62,266 bases of DNA, filler included, from 5 parts of 5 records of this genome joined end to end with filler, not necessarily neighbours in it, one strand, 5' to 3'; positions 1-9,654 are shown, counted from the whole stretch's first letter. Notes: generated by a model from the letters alone, not told the origin. Program-made: numbers and translations.

Positions 1-2
1 CC

Positions 3-2429
3 GGTACTCAGCTCCACCGCTGCAGGTTTAAGCTGTTCCAGCGGGCTGGGCTTGGATAACCGGTAACCCTGGCCAAAATGAATGCCCAGGGTACGGACCT
101 TTCTCAGGGTTTCGTCGCTCTCTATAAAGGTGGCAACGGTCTCCTTGCCTGCGGCTTCTGCAATACGATGCAGGGCATCCACCATCACTTGCTGAACCGG
201 ATCGTCCTCCAGATGATCCATCACCCGTCTATCCAGTTTGATGATATCCACCGGCAGGTGGGCGGCCAGGCTGTAGCTTTCCACCGAGGCGCCAGCGCCC
301 TCCAGGGCCACCCGGCAACCGATTCGATGCAGTGCATCGCAGAGCACGGCCACTTCGTCCGGATACTGGGTGGCATGGGCTTCCCGGATCTCCAGGCAGA
401 AGCACTCCGCCCGGAACGGTGAGGGTGCCAGTAGCTGTTCCATGAAATCGGCAAAGGTGTCATCCAGTACCGAGGCCAGAGACAGGTTGAAGCCGCAGTA
501 TTTCAGCCTTGGTTCCAGCAGTCGGTGCTGCCCCAGCCAGTCCAGGGTCTGACGAATGACCTGACGGTCCAGCCGTTTGGCCAGGTCAAAGCGCTCGGCC
601 AGGGGCAGGAACTGTCCGGGCAGGAGTGTGGTGTCGTCCGGTCCCTGACCGGGAATGCGACACAGTATTTCAATATGGTCGCCCCAGGTCACACTCGCCA
701 CCGGCTTCAGAGCCTGGAACTCAAGGATCAGTTGATGGTGGTCCAGGGCTTGGCGGAGCTGTTCCAGCTGCTTGTCTGTACCAGTATCGCCGGCGGAATC
801 CGGCAGTGCATGGGCGGTGTGGATCCGGTTCCGGCCTGAAGTCTTGGCGGTATGGCACAGGTCCGCAGCCTGGGTGAGCAGCGTGTCGGCCCGCTCCGGC
901 AACTCACTGTCCAGAATCAGCAGACCGCCGCTGGTAGTGGTCTGCAGGGTATGCCCCTGCCATTCAAACTGGAACTGGGCAATCTGTTCGCGGATTTCCT
1001 CGGCGATCTTTCGCGCTCTGGGTTCCGGGCAGTTCTCGATGAACAGCGCAAAGGTATCGCCGGCCAGTCGTGCCAGGGCATCACGCTGTCGTACGCGCAG
1101 CCCGAGCATGGCGGCCAGTTCCCGCAGGTAGCGGTCGCAGGTGCCGCTGCCAGCGTCCTCGTTGAACTGTTCGAAGTTGTCCAGGTCCAGAAACAGCAGG
1201 CCGTCGGTGCTCTGGCGTTTGTGGCGATGGCCCATGGCCCGTTCCAGGTGTTCGATGAAGGAACGGCGATTCATCAGCCCGGTGACCGGATCGTGTCGCA
1301 TGCGGTAATCGCTGTTGCTGGTGTGCTGGATCCGGTTGCTGATATCCCGTGCAACATGAACGGCCCCGGTGACCTCACCCCGGTCTCCGCGGATGCTCTG
1401 GAAGTGAAACTCGTAAATCGGCAGTCCCTCTCCCTGGCGGTTCAGGGGCATTTCTGCCACAAAATGCTCACGGTCGAAGGCCCGTTGCCATAGCCGTTCG
1501 ATCAGTCTCCGCTCATTGGGGAAGTCCTTCAGAAGGCTGCGCAGGTTGTCTCCGGTCTTTGGCGTCAGGTCAAAGGCGTGTTGAAACTGCTGGCACCAGG
1601 GGGTGTTGAAATGCAACAGTCTGAACTCGGTGTCGATGGCTACCACCAGATCAGAGGATGCGGCGGTCGTGGCTTGAAGAATCTGCTGAGCCTGTTGTTT
1701 TTCCAGATCGTGGACCATGGCCTCGCTGTGGTTGACCATCACGCCGCCGAGTTTTTGCACCCGGCCGCCGTTCTTCAGAGCACGACCGGCCAGAGTAACC
1801 CGTTGTGGCCGTTGCCGGCTGGTGAGAATGGTCAGGTCCATGCTGAACGGCTGGCCGGTGCGCATACAGCGCCTGAACATCGCTCGTACCCGGTTCTGGC
1901 CTGTCTGGCAATAAAACAGCGCCTGTTCCGGTGTCAGCTCGCTGCCGGCTTTGAGTTCCAGCAGGCGGTACATACCTTCGGACCAGCTGATCTCGTTGCT
2001 GGGCATGTCCAGTTCCCAGAGACCAAAGCCGGCACTCTGTTCCGCCAGTCGTTGAATCCGGCTATCCATGGCATCGCTGTCCCTGAGGGTAATCGAGGCG
2101 GTAGCGGCCTGGTCTGAATCCCGGATCTCCATTCGCAGCCCGAGCAGGGCAGTAAAGAAAAAGCCATCCTTGTGGCGGAACGTCACCAGCACTGTCTGGC
2201 CATTGTCCAGCCGGTGTCGGTGGGCGGGGGCGAAGGGATCGTCCTGGCGGGAAGCCAGAATATGCTGGACTTTCTGCCCGGTCAGATCGCTGATGTCGTA
2301 GCCAAACATGGTTTCTGCATGGCGATCAGCCTGGATGATCCGGCCATCGTCATCCACCCGAAGCAGGGTGGGCCGGATAACGGGGCCCGTCGGATCGGGC
2401 CGGTAGCGTTGAATCAGAAACTCTTTCAC
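3..2429 (-). CDS. PAS-containing GGDEF-EAL protein with degenerate catalytic motifs; 3' end runs off the window
   Basis: Absent from the ORF track because it has no stop; translated by hand from GTG 2429 (MKEFLIQRYRPDPTGP...). PAS-like segments: RVDDDGRIIQADRHAETMFGY and FGLWELDMPSNEISWSEGMYRLL. GGDEF position reads ARLAGDTFALF. EAL elements: HIEILCR, VALEGAGAS, VDIIKLD, TVATFIE, GQGYRLSKP. Confidence 0.85.
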   Translation of the reverse strand, partial: MKEFLIQRYRPDPTGPVIRPTLLRVDDDGRIIQADRHAETMFGYDISDLTGQKVQHILASRQDDPFAPAHRHRLDNGQTVLVTFRHKDGFFFTALLGLRMEIRDSDQAATASITLRDSDAMDSRIQRLAEQSAGFGLWELDMPSNEISWSEGMYRLLELKAGSELTPEQALFYCQTGQNRVRAMFRRCMRTGQPFSMDLTILTSRQRPQRVTLAGRALKNGGRVQKLGGVMVNHSEAMVHDLEKQQAQQILQATTAASSDLVVAIDTEFRLLHFNTPWCQQFQHAFDLTPKTGDNLRSLLKDFPNERRLIERLWQRAFDREHFVAEMPLNRQGEGLPIYEFHFQSIRGDRGEVTGAVHVARDISNRIQHTSNSDYRMRHDPVTGLMNRRSFIEHLERAMGHRHKRQSTDGLLFLDLDNFEQFNEDAGSGTCDRYLRELAAMLGLRVRQRDALARLAGDTFALFIENCPEPRARKIAEEIREQIAQFQFEWQGHTLQTTTSGGLLILDSELPERADTLLTQAADLCHTAKTSGRNRIHTAHALPDSAGDTGTDKQLEQLRQALDHHQLILEFQALKPVASVTWGDHIEILCRIPGQGPDDTTLLPGQFLPLAERFDLAKRLDRQVIRQTLDWLGQHRLLEPRLKYCGFNLSLASVLDDTFADFMEQLLAPSPFRAECFCLEIREAHATQYPDEVAVLCDALHRIGCRVALEGAGASVESYSLAAHLPVDIIKLDRRVMDHLEDDPVQQVMVDALHRIAEAAGKETVATFIESDETLRKVRTLGIHFGQGYRLSKPSPLEQLKPAAVELST

Positions 2430-2556
2430 AGCTCGGGTGCCTCGCTCGGGCTGGCAGCGTGTTCACTGCCTGTGCTTTTATTTTTTTACAGGTTTTGCCA
2501 CGATTCATTCATCATACTGACTATCTTGCCGAAAATAACCTCTTGCCGGAGCTCTC

Positions 2557-5406
2557 TTGACCGTTCACGCCGCGCCCATAGTTCTCGATTTCGAGGATGG
2601 AATCGACCGCAAGACGCTCAGGCGCCTGCGGGACCGGTTTCTGCTGGTTAACGAGCAGCGCTGGCGGCGGGCGTGCTCGGCTCTGACCTACCGGCAGCAG
2701 ATGGTGCTGGAGTTGTTGCCGCTGGTTTTTCACCGCAACCATCCGGCCTTGCCTGGCTATCTGGATGGTAACTGCCCGGACGGCTTCAATGGTTACACGC
2801 CCGGCCCGGAAGTGCTGGATGCGGCCCGCCGTTACGCCCGTAGCTTTCACTATCGTGACAAGGGCACTCGAAAGCCTGATCTGGACAGTCTGTTCCTGAT
2901 GGGAAGCCCTGGCACCCTCGGCCACTCGGTGGCCAGTGATCTGGATGTCTGGCTCTGCCACCGTCAGGATTTGCCGGCGTCGGGCATTCGGTGCCTGGAG
3001 CGAAAAGCCGAAAAACTGTCGGAATGGGCCGGTGGCCTGGGGGTGGAGCTGCACGTGTTTGTGTTCTCTGCCGCCGATTGGCGGGCCGGGCGACAGCGCG
3101 TGGAAGTCACCGGGGAAAACTGCGGCAGCGCCCAGCATTTTCTGTTGCTGGATGAGTTCTACCGCACCAGCATTCACCTCGCCGGCCAATATCCGTTGTG
3201 GTGGCTGATCCCGGTAGACCGGGAGGCCGATTACGACCACTGCCGGCGACAGCTGGTGGAGTGTCGGTTTATCCAGGCCAGGGATTACATCGACTTTGGC
3301 GCGGTGCCGGACATTCCTCCCGCAGAACTGCCTGGCGCTGGCATCTGGCAGCTCTACAAAGGAATCGATGCGCCCTGGAAAGCCATCCTCAAGCTGCTGT
3401 TGATTGAATGTTACGCCACCGACCGGGAGCGACCACTGCTCTCGGCCAGCTTCAAGCAGGCGGTTCACAATGGTGTGATTAGCGCCGATGCCCTGGACCC
3501 CTACGTGCTTTTGTACCAGAGACTGGAGCAGTGGTTGCTGGCCCGTGACGGCGCAGATCGGCTGGAGCTGGTGCGCCGAAGCCTGTACCTGAAATCCGGC
3601 TTGCCGCTCAGCCGGGCGGGTATGGTAGGTGACCCCTGGCGGGTCGAGTTGTTGCGCAGCCTGGTTGAAGGCTGGGGCTGGTCATCGGAGGATCTGGGCA
3701 GGCTGGACGATCGTCAGCGCTGGTGTGCCGAGGAAGTGATGGGGTTACGCCGGCGGGTGGTTGCCGAGCTTACCCACAGTTACCGCTTGCTGGCCAGATT
3801 GGCCCGGGAACAGGATGCACAGGCGTCGATCAGCGCCAATGACATCAACCTGCTGGGCCGCAAGCTCTATGCCGCCTTCCAGCGCAAGGCCGGTAAGGTC
3901 GAGCTGATCAATCCTGGGCTGGTGCCCTCGCTGGCAGAAGAGAATCTGTCGTTTCACCATCGCAGTGAACAGGGGGCAGCCGGAGACGGCTGGTTGTTGT
4001 ACCGGGATCTTGAAGATCCGTCCGACGCCTTCTGGCAGCCGGTTATTCGCCGCGCCGGCAACCTGGCTGAGTTGCTTGTCTGGTGTTACTGCAACGGGCT
4101 GCTCAGTCGCAGTACACGGTTGAATGTGCGAGCGGGCCAGAGCGTGGCGTCGGTCAGCGAGTTGAAGGAAATACTGGATGTGCTGGCTGGTTTCCTGCCG
4201 GTGCCTATGCCCCCGGCACCCCGGCAGGCCCTGTCCCGTGCAGTACGGCCGTTACGCAACCTGTTGCTGCTGAATGTGGCGGTGGACCCACAGGCTCATC
4301 TGACCGAGCGGGGGCTGCATAAACTCAGCGCCCGCAACGACTCGCTCGGGTTCAGTGGGGCCCGGGACAACCTGGTGGTGACCATCGACCAGATTACCCT
4401 GAACAGCTGGCACGAAGTCAGTCTGCAGCATTACGCGGCTGGGGATACCCTGATCCAGTGTTTGAAGAATGTGCTCGCTCAGGTGGCGATCAACCCTGCG
4501 GAATTGCCGGATATCCGAGTGATGGCGCCCAGCCGGGGGCACGGACAGGCCATTGCCCGGCGTGTGAGTGAGTTGTTTGCCGATGTGCTCCGACAGTTTT
4601 TTGCAGGCGGCACCGGCCCCCATCCCTTGCGTTATATCATCGAGATGGATCAGCGTTATTTTCTGCTCCAGTTCAATGGCCAGGAGCCGGGGTTTGTTGC
4701 CCTGGATAGCCGCGCGGCATTGATGGATGCCTTGTTCCAGCCCCAGGACAGTTTTCTGCCGGTGGTGCCGGATCGCTATGCTTTGCAGGATGCTCCCCTT
4801 TTGAAAGCGGTATGTGAAGCCTCCGAAGCCGGTAACATCCAGGTATTCTGGCAGCTGCAGGGAGACCAGGGCCAGCTCTGGGTGGTGGATGAGTATGGCA
4901 GTCTGTGGCATCGCCAGCTGAAGGCCCAGCAACGCCGTCATCTACTGGCACCGTTATTGCGATTTCTGGACAGTGTTATTGAGCGCCGGCAGTTGCGCCA
5001 GGCAGATAATCTGGAGCCGGTCGCCGGTATCCGGTGTTACGAACTGGTACGCAGGGATGGCCGATGGCTGGCCGATCCGCGGCCAGAACTGGTCGCCGGA
5101 ATGCCCTTGTCCGGCCTCGAAGTGCAGGCGGTGGGCGTGCAACAGGGTGACAGCATTCTGCGCTTTGATCTGTATTGCAACGATCAGGAGTTTACCGTGC
5201 AGGAATATGGCGACCGGTTGATTCCGGCGGTGGCCCATTACATCCGCTCCCTGCGGCAGAGTCCGGACCCCTATCCGGTGTATCTGACTGACCTGCATCT
5301 GCCCCACGATCTCGATCCACAGCTGTATCAGCGCGATATCCAGACCAGCCAGTACCTGTTCTACCGGGCGCAGTTGGAAGATGCCCTAAACCAGCACCTG
5401 TCCTGA
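2557..5406 (+). CDS. cyaA: Class I adenylate cyclase
   Basis: 949 aa with motifs LLPLVFH-N-H-P-LPGY, LFLMGSPGTLGHSVASDLDVW, GSAQHFLLLDEFYRT, WQLYKGIDAPWKAILKLLL; followed by lipoprotein and lysA as in gammaproteobacteria. Confidence 0.95.
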   Translation: MTVHAAPIVLDFEDGIDRKTLRRLRDRFLLVNEQRWRRACSALTYRQQMVLELLPLVFHRNHPALPGYLDGNCPDGFNGYTPGPEVLDAARRYARSFHYRDKGTRKPDLDSLFLMGSPGTLGHSVASDLDVWLCHRQDLPASGIRCLERKAEKLSEWAGGLGVELHVFVFSAADWRAGRQRVEVTGENCGSAQHFLLLDEFYRTSIHLAGQYPLWWLIPVDREADYDHCRRQLVECRFIQARDYIDFGAVPDIPPAELPGAGIWQLYKGIDAPWKAILKLLLIECYATDRERPLLSASFKQAVHNGVISADALDPYVLLYQRLEQWLLARDGADRLELVRRSLYLKSGLPLSRAGMVGDPWRVELLRSLVEGWGWSSEDLGRLDDRQRWCAEEVMGLRRRVVAELTHSYRLLARLAREQDAQASISANDINLLGRKLYAAFQRKAGKVELINPGLVPSLAEENLSFHHRSEQGAAGDGWLLYRDLEDPSDAFWQPVIRRAGNLAELLVWCYCNGLLSRSTRLNVRAGQSVASVSELKEILDVLAGFLPVPMPPAPRQALSRAVRPLRNLLLLNVAVDPQAHLTERGLHKLSARNDSLGFSGARDNLVVTIDQITLNSWHEVSLQHYAAGDTLIQCLKNVLAQVAINPAELPDIRVMAPSRGHGQAIARRVSELFADVLRQFFAGGTGPHPLRYIIEMDQRYFLLQFNGQEPGFVALDSRAALMDALFQPQDSFLPVVPDRYALQDAPLLKAVCEASEAGNIQVFWQLQGDQGQLWVVDEYGSLWHRQLKAQQRRHLLAPLLRFLDSVIERRQLRQADNLEPVAGIRCYELVRRDGRWLADPRPELVAGMPLSGLEVQAVGVQQGDSILRFDLYCNDQEFTVQEYGDRLIPAVAHYIRSLRQSPDPYPVYLTDLHLPHDLDPQLYQRDIQTSQYLFYRAQLEDALNQHLS

Positions 5407-5477
5407 ACATGTGAATCCTCGCGGTGCGGCCCGGGTGTCGGGTATACTTCGGCCATTATTCACTCAGGGGATTGGGT

Positions 5478-5672
5478 ATGCAGCTTGGGCTTGTGCGCCG
5501 CCTGGCCGTCGCGCTCTCGGTGTTTGTGGTTTTGATGGTATCCGGTTGTGGCCAGAAAGGGCCGCTGTACCGGAACGCGCCGGTGCCCGACGCCGTACCA
5601 TCGCAGACTGGTGACACCGAGGCAGCTGCGGAGGCGGGCGAAAATGCCGATGAGGACAATGAACAGCCCTGA
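5478..5672 (+). CDS. lptM: LptM/YifL (LppL)-family small lipoprotein
   Basis: Signal peptide, lipobox VSGC, family motif CGQKGPLY; directly upstream of lysA. Confidence 0.85.
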   Translation: MQLGLVRRLAVALSVFVVLMVSGCGQKGPLYRNAPVPDAVPSQTGDTEAAAEAGENADEDNEQP

Positions 5673-5707
5673 GCCAGACCACCCGACCTTAAGCTTTCAG
5701 GAACAGC

Positions 5708-5960
5708 ATGGATCACTTCAATTACCGTAACGGCGAACTCTACGCCGAAGACGTTGCCGTTGCCGATATCGCCGAGCGCTTTGGTACGCCAGCCTACATC
5801 TATTCCCGGGCGACGCTGGAGCGCCATTACCGTGCTTACGATGAGGCCCTGAAGAATCGCCCTCATCTGGTGTGTTATGCGGTCAAGGCGAACAGCAATC
5901 TGGCCGTGCTCAATGTGCTGGCTCGTCTGGGGGCCGGTTTTGACATAGTCTCGGCCGGAG
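5708..5960 (+). CDS. lysA: Diaminopimelate decarboxylase, 5' part (cut by contig end)
   Basis: FGTPAYIYS, CYAVKANSNLAVL (PLP lysine), GFDIVSAG. Confidence 0.95.
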
Positions 5961-6060
5961 NNNNNNNNNNNNNNNNNNNNNNNNNNNNNNNNNNNNNNNN
6001 NNNNTTAATTAATTAANNNNNNNNNNNNNNNNNNNNNNNNNNNNNNNNNNNNNNNNNNNN
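5961..6060. other. Artificial contig-joining spacer
   Basis: N-run + TTAATTAATTAA (stops in all frames) + N-run; genes are truncated on both sides. Confidence 0.99.
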
Positions 6061-6061
6061 C

Positions 6062-6565
6062 CGCAAGGAAATGGCCGACATGATCGGGCCGTTCTCCACC
6101 AACATCATGGCCGGAAACGAGGCCTTGTTCGAACGTGAGATCGGCATTCTGGGACGAAGGGGCGCTTTTGCCCCCGGTTCGCCCCTTGCCCCGCCGCAAA
6201 GCGTGCTGGAGGGCGATGTGACCCTGACGCCTACGGCGCCCATCGACCAGATGCGCGAGGCCGGGCATTTCGAGGCGATCATGGGCTTCCAGGAGTATCT
6301 CGGCATCGCAGCGGGGGCCGATCCTTCCATTCTGGATCTGCACGACCGGGAAGCCGAATACGACTTGACCCGCCGCGCGCTGGGGCTGCCCGCCAAGCTG
6401 AGGCGGCGGCCGGAAGAGGTGGAGGCGCTGCGGCAGGAACGGGCGGCCGAGCAGCAGCAACAGCAGCAGCTTGCGACCGGCGAAAGCATGGCGTGGATCG
6501 CCCGCGACGGGGCGCCGCTTCTGCAGGCCCTGGGCGGCGAGGGAGGGCTGAATGGTCTGGCGTAG
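6062..6565 (+). CDS. Phage portal (head-tail connector), C-terminal part
   Basis: 5'-truncated. EREIGILGRRG...PP...TAPIDQM...LGLPAKLRRRPEEVEALRQERAAEQQQQQ resembles the C-terminus of T7/BPP-1-type connectors; lies upstream of scaffold and capsid. Confidence 0.8.
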   Translation, partial: RKEMADMIGPFSTNIMAGNEALFEREIGILGRRGAFAPGSPLAPPQSVLEGDVTLTPTAPIDQMREAGHFEAIMGFQEYLGIAAGADPSILDLHDREAEYDLTRRALGLPAKLRRRPEEVEALRQERAAEQQQQQQLATGESMAWIARDGAPLLQALGGEGGLNGLA

Positions 6566-6866
6566 CCTCAAACGAGCCGCCCGGCGGCGCCGGGAGCGGG
6601 CTGGAGTGCTGGAACGGGCCTATCGGTCCGTTTTTTTGTGTCTGGACGGTGAAATCGTTCTGGCGGACCTGGCTGCCGAATGCGGCATCTACCAGGCGCC
6701 GCCGGTGAACCTGGAGCCGAGGGCCGGCGGTTATCTGGACGGACGCAAGGCACTTTATGCCCGCATCCTGTCCATGATCCGCATTCCGCCGGAAGAGCAC
6801 GCCGCGCTGCAGGAAGCTGCCCGGCTGGAAATGCTGCCTGAGTTCGAAACTGACGAGGAATATTGA
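6552..6866 (+). CDS. Small phage protein, Bbp19-like
   Basis: AYRSVF...DGEIVLADL...LDGRKALYARILSM pattern, typical of the gene between portal and scaffold in BPP-1-like podoviruses. Confidence 0.7.
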   Translation: MVWRSLKRAARRRRERAGVLERAYRSVFLCLDGEIVLADLAAECGIYQAPPVNLEPRAGGYLDGRKALYARILSMIRIPPEEHAALQEAARLEMLPEFETDEEY

Positions 6867-6868
6867 CG

Positions 6869-7780
6869 ATGTACGACGCGATTGAGCCGGCAGCAGGACC
6901 GGAGGCCGGCGGGCACGACGGTTCTGGACACGATGGTATGGGGCATCACCCTTCGGAGGGGGGAGGTTTCATCGACGGCCTGAGCGATGCCGACCGGGAC
7001 ATGGCCGCCAGCTATGGCTGGCGCGATGCTGCCGGCATTCTGGAAAGCTACCGCTCGCTGGAAGACAGACTGTCCGGGGCGCTTCAGGTTCCGGGTGAAG
7101 ATGCCGACAGCGAGGAGCAGGCGGCCTTTTATGCCGATGTTTCCAGCCGCTGGACGCCGAAGGACGGCTATCGCTTCAAGATGCCCGAGACGCTGCCGGA
7201 AAACTTTCCCTACGATCAGGCCTTTGCGCAGGAAGCCGGAGACTGGTTCAAGGAGGCGGGGCTTCACCCCGAGGCAGCGCAGAAGCTGCACGACCGGTGG
7301 GTGGGCAAGATGGCAGAGCAGTTTTCCGCCCATGAGGAAACGGCTTTTGACGCAGCGCAGAAACAGGGCCAGGCGGCCGAGGCCGCGCACATGTCCCTGG
7401 TCAGGGAATATGGCGAACCGGACAGCGACGGCTACCAGAACGCCATTGCCAAGGCCGACCGGGCGCTGAGCACCCTGAAGACGGCCGGGGTGGACCTGAC
7501 AGGATGGTTTGCGGAAAAAGGCGCCCTGACCACGGCTGGAAGCGACGGTTTGCAGCAGGTGACGGACCCCGTGGCGGTAAAGCTGCTCGCCTTCATCCAC
7601 GACAGCGCCTTTGCGGAAGACGGCCTGAACGGTTTCGGCGCGGGTGGGGAGGGCGGCAACCCCTTCGAGACCGGCAATCCGGACCTCAGGCAGCAGTCGG
7701 ATCTTCTGGAAAACAGCCCCTTGCGGGCGCGGCAGATGATCGTTGCGGCGGGGCGGGATCCACGGTTGTTCGGGCTGTAA
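6869..7780 (+). CDS. Capsid scaffolding protein
   Basis: Acidic; W...ILESYRSLE...VPGEDA...AAFY...P-DGY and FKEAGL-PEAAQKL motifs; ends NPFETGNPDLRQQSDLLENSPLRARQMIVAAGRDPRLFGL; between portal and capsid; RBS GAGGAA before ATG 6869. Confidence 0.8.
   Translation: MYDAIEPAAGPEAGGHDGSGHDGMGHHPSEGGGFIDGLSDADRDMAASYGWRDAAGILESYRSLEDRLSGALQVPGEDADSEEQAAFYADVSSRWTPKDGYRFKMPETLPENFPYDQAFAQEAGDWFKEAGLHPEAAQKLHDRWVGKMAEQFSAHEETAFDAAQKQGQAAEAAHMSLVREYGEPDSDGYQNAIAKADRALSTLKTAGVDLTGWFAEKGALTTAGSDGLQQVTDPVAVKLLAFIHDSAFAEDGLNGFGAGGEGGNPFETGNPDLRQQSDLLENSPLRARQMIVAAGRDPRLFGL
7658..7777 (+). repeat. Scaffold C-terminal tag, copy 1 (40 codons)
   Basis: Homologous to 8383-8467 (68/85 nt identical over 7668-7752, counted by hand) and to 10887-11006 (21/40 aa identical). 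Confidence 0.9.
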
Positions 7781-7921
7781 CAAGCAGTCTTTTCAAGTTG
7801 CCGCGGCGGGGATGAGTGCAAATCGCGTTTGGTTCCGGTTTTCGATTGTTGATCTGGCAGATCATGTGCTTAACCCGAATGTCGGTACACGCGAAGAAAG
7901 CCAGTGGGGAGCGAAACCCTG

Positions 7922-8284
7922 TTAGTTGGTGAGTTCCTCGCACCTGGGAATGATCCACGGTTCGCTGGATGGATCAATATCTGTAGACCAGAAGGCTAGG
8001 TCGCCGGTTTCCAGTACTTCTGCGTGTACCTGATAAACACTGACATCGTCAGAGCCAGGCCATTTCTCGCGGCAGACAAAGGTTTTTCCCTCTAATTTTT
8101 GGCATCTCGCGCTGTGATAAGCGTGTTTTATCAAGAGTAGGTCGTCGATCATCGTGAAATCGTAAGGTATCCATTCTTCTGTGCAGAAATTTTCCTGCGC
8201 TTTTAATTCGTTCGCAGGAAGAACTACTAGTATATTTAAGGCGATAAACTTAATGAAAAATCTCGTCAACGAATTCACTCGCAA
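7922..8284 (-). CDS. Small secreted 4-Cys hypothetical protein (candidate immunity protein)
   Basis: Basic N-terminus plus hydrophobic stretch (FFIKFIALNILVVLPA), four Cys, lower GC than the flanking phage genes; TTG start uncertain. Confidence 0.55.
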   Translation of the reverse strand: MRVNSLTRFFIKFIALNILVVLPANELKAQENFCTEEWIPYDFTMIDDLLLIKHAYHSARCQKLEGKTFVCREKWPGSDDVSVYQVHAEVLETGDLAFWSTDIDPSSEPWIIPRCEELTN

Positions 8285-8501
8285 TGTCTATATCGCAGCT
8301 AAAAACCTTGGGTTGCCTGATCCCCAGGCGCGCCTTGCGGCAACACAAGCATCACTTGAGACTGCATATGGCAAATCTGTCAAGATCGGTAATCCGGCCC
8401 ACAGGCAACAATCGAATCTTCTGGAAAACAACCCTTTGCGGGTACCCCAGATGATCGTGTCCGCCGGTTTCGGAAGAGGTTTTCGTGCCAATTTCAATTA
8501 A
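8253..8501 (+). pseudogene. Internally deleted remnant: N-terminus of a GH73/FlgJ-like muramidase joined to a partial scaffold tag
   Basis: AAKNLGLPDPQARLAATQASLETAYGKS matches the GH73 A-Q-A-x-L-E-[ST]-x-[WY]-G motif; immediately followed by GNPAHRQQSNLLENNPLRVPQMIVSAG (20/27 aa identical to the scaffold tail). Confidence 0.65.
8383..8467 (+). repeat. Scaffold C-terminal tag, copy 2 (partial)
   Basis: Ungapped, 68/85 nt identical to 7668-7752. Confidence 0.9.
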
Positions 8502-8592
8502 GGGTTGATCAGGAACAAATAATGAACATATTCTGATTGTTCAGCATCTCGATGCCTTTCTTCGAGAGCGCTGATATATAAAGGGATCCGGA

Positions 8593-9378
8593 ATGAAATT
8601 GAACACCTTTCGCTTTATCAAGGGCTTTGGGGCAATTCTGAAAGTGTCGGGGGTTATTGCTCTGCCGTCGGTTTGCCTGGCCGCGGACGGTGCTGTCATC
8701 CCGTGGGAACAGCAACCTGAAGTTCTTCGGTCTGAAATAGAGGGCTATGTCAATTCAAGCCTCGATCCCGCAATGTTCAAGGTGCAGGTCGCGGAGGATG
8801 TCCGTGTGGTCTATCTGGGCTTTTCGCCCGAGGAAATCGAACAGAATGCGGAGCAGTTTCCGGATATTCCAGGCCATGGCATCTCGCATCTGCCCTATGG
8901 ACGGAACGAGTATTACAGCACTCCGGTGGATGCGTTGGATTACCAGCTTTCCAATACGATTACCGTGCTCAATCTCGATCTGGACAAGGGACCGAGTTCG
9001 GAAGGTGGCAGTGGCGAGAAGAGTACGGAATTGACTGAAATTCTTGCGCCACAAGGAGAATTCTTTCAATCGCTCGGGTTATCCATTTTTGATTTGATGA
9101 GGGTCAAGGATGGTCGGGGCACTCTCGTTGAGTTCGGCCCGCCAATGTCAGTGTTCGACGATTTCGAGTTTTCCTATCGGGACAAGATTCTAGAGACGCC
9201 TTGCACATCGGTTTTTGAGTTTGCAGGAACTGACGACGGCACACAGGAAAACACCATGGTTGTTTATTCCGGCGCCGAACCCGGCTCCGCCGATCAACTT
9301 CAGTGCCTGGAGATGCAGGCTCTGGTTTTCATGCGGCCTGCGAGCCTACCACTTTCCACAGCGCTCGAAGAGAGATGA
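8593..9378 (+). CDS. Secreted acidic hypothetical protein (candidate orphan immunity protein)
   Basis: 261 aa, probable signal peptide ending CLA-A, two C-terminal Cys, RBS AAGGGA; no family recognised. Confidence 0.65.
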   Translation: MKLNTFRFIKGFGAILKVSGVIALPSVCLAADGAVIPWEQQPEVLRSEIEGYVNSSLDPAMFKVQVAEDVRVVYLGFSPEEIEQNAEQFPDIPGHGISHLPYGRNEYYSTPVDALDYQLSNTITVLNLDLDKGPSSEGGSGEKSTELTEILAPQGEFFQSLGLSIFDLMRVKDGRGTLVEFGPPMSVFDDFEFSYRDKILETPCTSVFEFAGTDDGTQENTMVVYSGAEPGSADQLQCLEMQALVFMRPASLPLSTALEER

Positions 9379-9654
9379 AACTCGCGGGCAGGTGTCGGTT
9401 TACTGCGCATTTCCATAAACCTGCACAAGCTGACACCTGCCTGCAAAGTCGTGCTGTGCCATGAGCAATCGTGCCAACTGATGCCAGCAATCCGTCTGTG
9501 GAGCAGGTCAGACACCCCGGCAGAAAAATCTGGCGATCTTTTCAGTCTCCGGTGCGAAGGCCTGGTTCTCTAACCGGATGCAATTAAAGGTTTTTTTGGA
9601 GCATGTCATGAACAATATGCCGGTATCAAAAGATCAAAATCGGAGAGTTCGATT

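Noticed and set aside
2521-3468. Long antisense or off-frame ORFs over cyaA and the GGDEF-EAL gene (e.g. 852-1493, 1578-2117)
   Set aside because: Shadow ORFs of high-GC coding sequence with no recognisable motifs.
7668-8467. Tag repeat pair as a diversity-generating retroelement TR/VR (BPP-1 relatives carry DGRs)
   Set aside because: The 17 mismatches are not adenine-specific (only 6 have A in copy 2 and 1 has A in copy 1), and there is no reverse transcriptase on the contig.
9478-9600. Possible fourth degenerate tag (ASNPSVEQV frame)
   Set aside because: Only NP..Q matches, with none of the LL, P, AG or LFG anchors; indistinguishable from chance.
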